Shown here: piece by piece, positions 62,301-64,000 of the stretch
Position numbering within the stretch: position 1 is the first letter of the stretch
Layout: every line of letters begins with the position of its first letter
NCBI GenBank assembly: GCA_052279835.1
Contig: CP181291.1
Span: 4,448,001 to 4,512,000 of the forward strand
DNA length: 64,000 nucleotides
Source: Microcoleus sp.
GTDB taxonomy: Bacteria > Cyanobacteriota > Cyanobacteriia > Cyanobacteriales > Microcoleaceae
Reading direction: 5' to 3'
Position numbers and translations under genes: made by a program
Notes under the pieces: generated by a model
Databases searched by the model: none
Told to the model about the DNA's origin: nothing
What the model saw: the letters and a program-made list of their open reading frames with translations, nothing else

Positions 62301-63605
62301 TTGCTGAATGCTTGTAAACTGCAACGAGAAGACCAAGATATGATGATTTTGTTGTCGATCGAGGATATCACAAGTCGCAAGCAGTTTGAGATAGAGCGAT
62401 CGCAGCTATTGATGCAGGAGCAGTTAGCCCGTCAACAAGCAGAAAACAGCAACCGTGCTAAAGATGAATTTCTGGCGAATCTCTCCCATGAACTTCGTAA
62501 CCCCCTGACTCCCATCCTGGGATGGGCAAAATTGCTGCGCTCTGGCAAACTTAATGAAGCAGCCGTGACTCGCGCCCTAGATGTGATTGAGCGGAGTGCG
62601 ATCGCCCAAACTCAGTTAATTGAAGATATTCTGGATATTTCCCGGATTACCAGTGGTAAACTGCATCTGGATACCAGTCCGATCGATCTGCTGGTAGTGG
62701 TGCAAAGTGCGATCGACGGGGTGCAATTATCAGCGGATGCCAAAAACATCAAAATATTTGCCCAGTTGAGTTCTGCGACTGTTTTAGGCGATGCTGACAG
62801 ATTGCAACAAGTGCTGTGGAATGTGCTATCTAACTCGATTAAGTTTACCCCCTCCGGTGGACGAGTGGAAATTGTCTTAGAGGCGATCGAGAGTCAGGCT
62901 CAAATTCGAGTCAGAGACACGGGAAAAGGGATTACAGCAGACTTTTTACCCTATATTTTCGATCGTTTCCATCAAGCTGATTCCAGCACTACCAAGACTA
63001 ATCAAGGGCTAGGATTAGGATTGTCCATCGTGCGTCATTTAGTCGAACTTCATGGTGGTACAGTGGGAGCCGAAAGTCCCGGTGAAGGACAAGGAACTAC
63101 GATGACTGTGAGGTTGCCGCTAGTTTCAATTCCCCAGGAATTAACACCGCCGAGTGATGTAGAACCGCCTGTATTTACACTACCTTTAAGCACTTCCAAA
63201 GATGGGGGACGGGGCCTTGAAGGTTTGCAGATTTTAAGCGTAGATGATGATATGGATACCCGTGAGTTATTGCAATTTGTCCTGGAAGACTACGGCGCCC
63301 AGGTACTGACGGTGGGATCTGCAAAAGAGGCGATCTCCGCTTTGACGGAAAACCTTGACAAATATGACATCCTGATATCTGATATTGGAATGCCAGAGGA
63401 AGATGGGTATTCCTTGATGCAACAAGTGCGTTCTCTTGATGCCAAAGCTGGAAACATTCCAGCCATTGCGCTGAGTGCTTATGCTAGTGATAAAGAGCGA
63501 CAAAAGGCGATCGATGCAGGTTTTAACAAGCATATTGCTAAACCTGTTAAGCCTGCTCAATTAACCTTAATGATTGCGGATTTAATCGCTAAAAAGAATG
63601 TTTGA
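59304..63605 (+). CDS. CheB-CheR-PAS hybrid histidine kinase with receiver domain; start uncertain
   Basis: ASAGGLEA (CheB), VTSFFRD/GCSTGEE/CRNVLIY (CheR), LSHELRNPL, GLGLGL and C-terminal LISDIGMP. Confidence 0.95.
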   Translation: MFNSQNKGKTKENAIVIPIGSWFERKEISMVGNEPDEQNVPESIARSFMDAEPQNTVDSAFPIVGIAASAGGLEAFTELLHHLPTDTGMAFVLIQHLDPNHESLLTEILARTTQMPVSQVVDGTTVEPNQVYIIPPNTKMTLASGVLKLTAREKIYGKYMPGDAFLVSLAADRGPKALAVVLSGGDGDGSLGIKAIKAAGGVTFAQCEASAKFDSMPNTAVATGNVDFVLPPQKIAEELANFRADSWLSCPISIVAVTESPPDNYVRTTILGLLRSTTGVDFTHYKTATIDRRIQRRMVLYKLNSLADYAQYLQDHPPEVYALYQEILIHVTSFFRDPEAFEQLKELVFPTITANKSAKNPIRIWVAGCSTGEEVYSIAICLLEFLGDRPRQPPIQIFATDISEAAISKARSGFYLENQMLDVSPERRNRFFIGEGGGYKINKTVRELCIFARQNLGSDPPFSNLDLISCRNVLIYLAEPLQKRVIPIFHYSLNPTGFLLLGSSESIGKFSSLFNSLHTKCKIYAKTLTENSQIFSFTTSAYPIAKVNKSQPTNENYPDGFDLQQYTDQLILNRYAPTGVVVNEQMNILQVRGDTNAYLRLTPGIPSLNLLTMVREDLAIELRTAMYQALMQNVVVRKEGINLVVGERSSFVNLEVIPFHPDRAQSRYFLVLFEEALLTAVDLSTVNSESLNPADLQREILELRQALATANEDKNVAQAHLQSVIQQQESLNQDIKVANEEILSSNEELQSTNEELETAKEEIQATNEELITTNEELRSRNIEQHHISNDLINLLGSINIPILMVENDLKIRRFTPMAQQLFNLIPTDIGRPFSDIRSHLDVPDLSGMILEVIETLQTQEQEVQTLAGYWYILRIRPYRTTENRIDGVVMVWIDIDAMKRSAKTLELARNYAETIVETVPTPLVVLDADLCVNTANRCFYETFQVSFPETSKISLFELGNGQWNIPQLRSILADILVSDVQLHNFELEHVFEQIGQKTMLLNACKLQREDQDMMILLSIEDITSRKQFEIERSQLLMQEQLARQQAENSNRAKDEFLANLSHELRNPLTPILGWAKLLRSGKLNEAAVTRALDVIERSAIAQTQLIEDILDISRITSGKLHLDTSPIDLLVVVQSAIDGVQLSADAKNIKIFAQLSSATVLGDADRLQQVLWNVLSNSIKFTPSGGRVEIVLEAIESQAQIRVRDTGKGITADFLPYIFDRFHQADSSTTKTNQGLGLGLSIVRHLVELHGGTVGAESPGEGQGTTMTVRLPLVSIPQELTPPSDVEPPVFTLPLSTSKDGGRGLEGLQILSVDDDMDTRELLQFVLEDYGAQVLTVGSAKEAISALTENLDKYDILISDIGMPEEDGYSLMQQVRSLDAKAGNIPAIALSAYASDKERQKAIDAGFNKHIAKPVKPAQLTLMIADLIAKKNV

Positions 63606-63632
63606 TTGTAACTTATTATCTGGTTTTATTAT

Positions 63633-64000
63633 CTGGTTCCCAGGCAGAGCCTGGGAACTGATGTCGAGAGGCTCTGCCTCCCGTGGCCAAAGGTAACAAA
63701 TTGGAGGCAGAGCCTCCGGATCTGCGTTACCAGGCAGAGCCTGGGAACAAGTGGAAAAAGGCTGTATACCTGGTTCCCAGGCTCTGCCTGGGAACTGATG
63801 TCGAGAGGCTCTGCCTCCCGTGGCCAAGGGTAACAAATTGGAGGCAGAGCCTCCGGATCTGCGTTACCAGGCAGAGCCTGGGAACAAGTGGAAAAAACTG
63901 GTTCCCAGGCTCTGCCTGGGAACTGATGTCGAGAGGCTCTGCCTCCCGTGGCCAAAGGTAACAAATTGGAGGCAGAGCCTCCGGATCTGCGTTACCAGGC
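63633..64000. repeat. Tandem array of REP-like palindromic units (137 bp, 128 bp, third cut by the window end)
   Basis: Units start at 63633, 63770 and 63898; each has GTTCCCAGGC(AGA/TCT)GCCTGGGAAC and GAGGCTCTGCCTCC..GGAGGCAGAGCCTC. Confidence 0.9.

Noticed and set aside
63633..64000. Possible CRISPR array
   Set aside because: The sequences between repeats are essentially identical rather than unique spacers, the units are 128-137 bp, and no cas genes are in the window.

Overview
A 64-kb chromosomal segment from a filamentous cyanobacterium, probably Oscillatoriales/Microcoleus-like (inferred from abundant HIP1 GCGATCGC, por, cruF/cruG, pentapeptide and CHAT genes). Recognisable core genes are por, cruF-cruG, rnhA and ureD-A-B-C, plus a CheB/CheR hybrid kinase and two-partner-secretion (TpsB/TpsA)/CHAT genes. 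Several accessory inserts interrupt them. (1) A four-gene minus-strand cassette (helical protein, QatC/QueC-like enzyme, XRE-HTH/ImmA-IrrE fusion, PIN protein) has its own sigma70-type promoter and a 16-bp inverted-repeat operator candidate, and appears to have replaced most of a TpsA gene. It is the best candidate for an undescribed defence system. (2) Two gene blocks downstream of cruG each end in a decayed copy of the cruG 3' end. The first holds an HTH-NB-ARC-WD40 STAND gene divergent from an M43-type peptidase and ADYC genes, with a duplicated 79-bp upstream element. The second is a stress-type membrane/secreted gene cluster containing an IS5 element. (3) MNT-HEPN and AAA-ATPase/DUF4276 modules lie inside the urease cluster. 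Many small mobile repeats (MITE, REP-like, SDR-like) are present, some inserted in frame into proteins, including UreC. I found no rRNA, tRNA or CRISPR array. All family assignments come from motif recognition by eye; no database searches were run.
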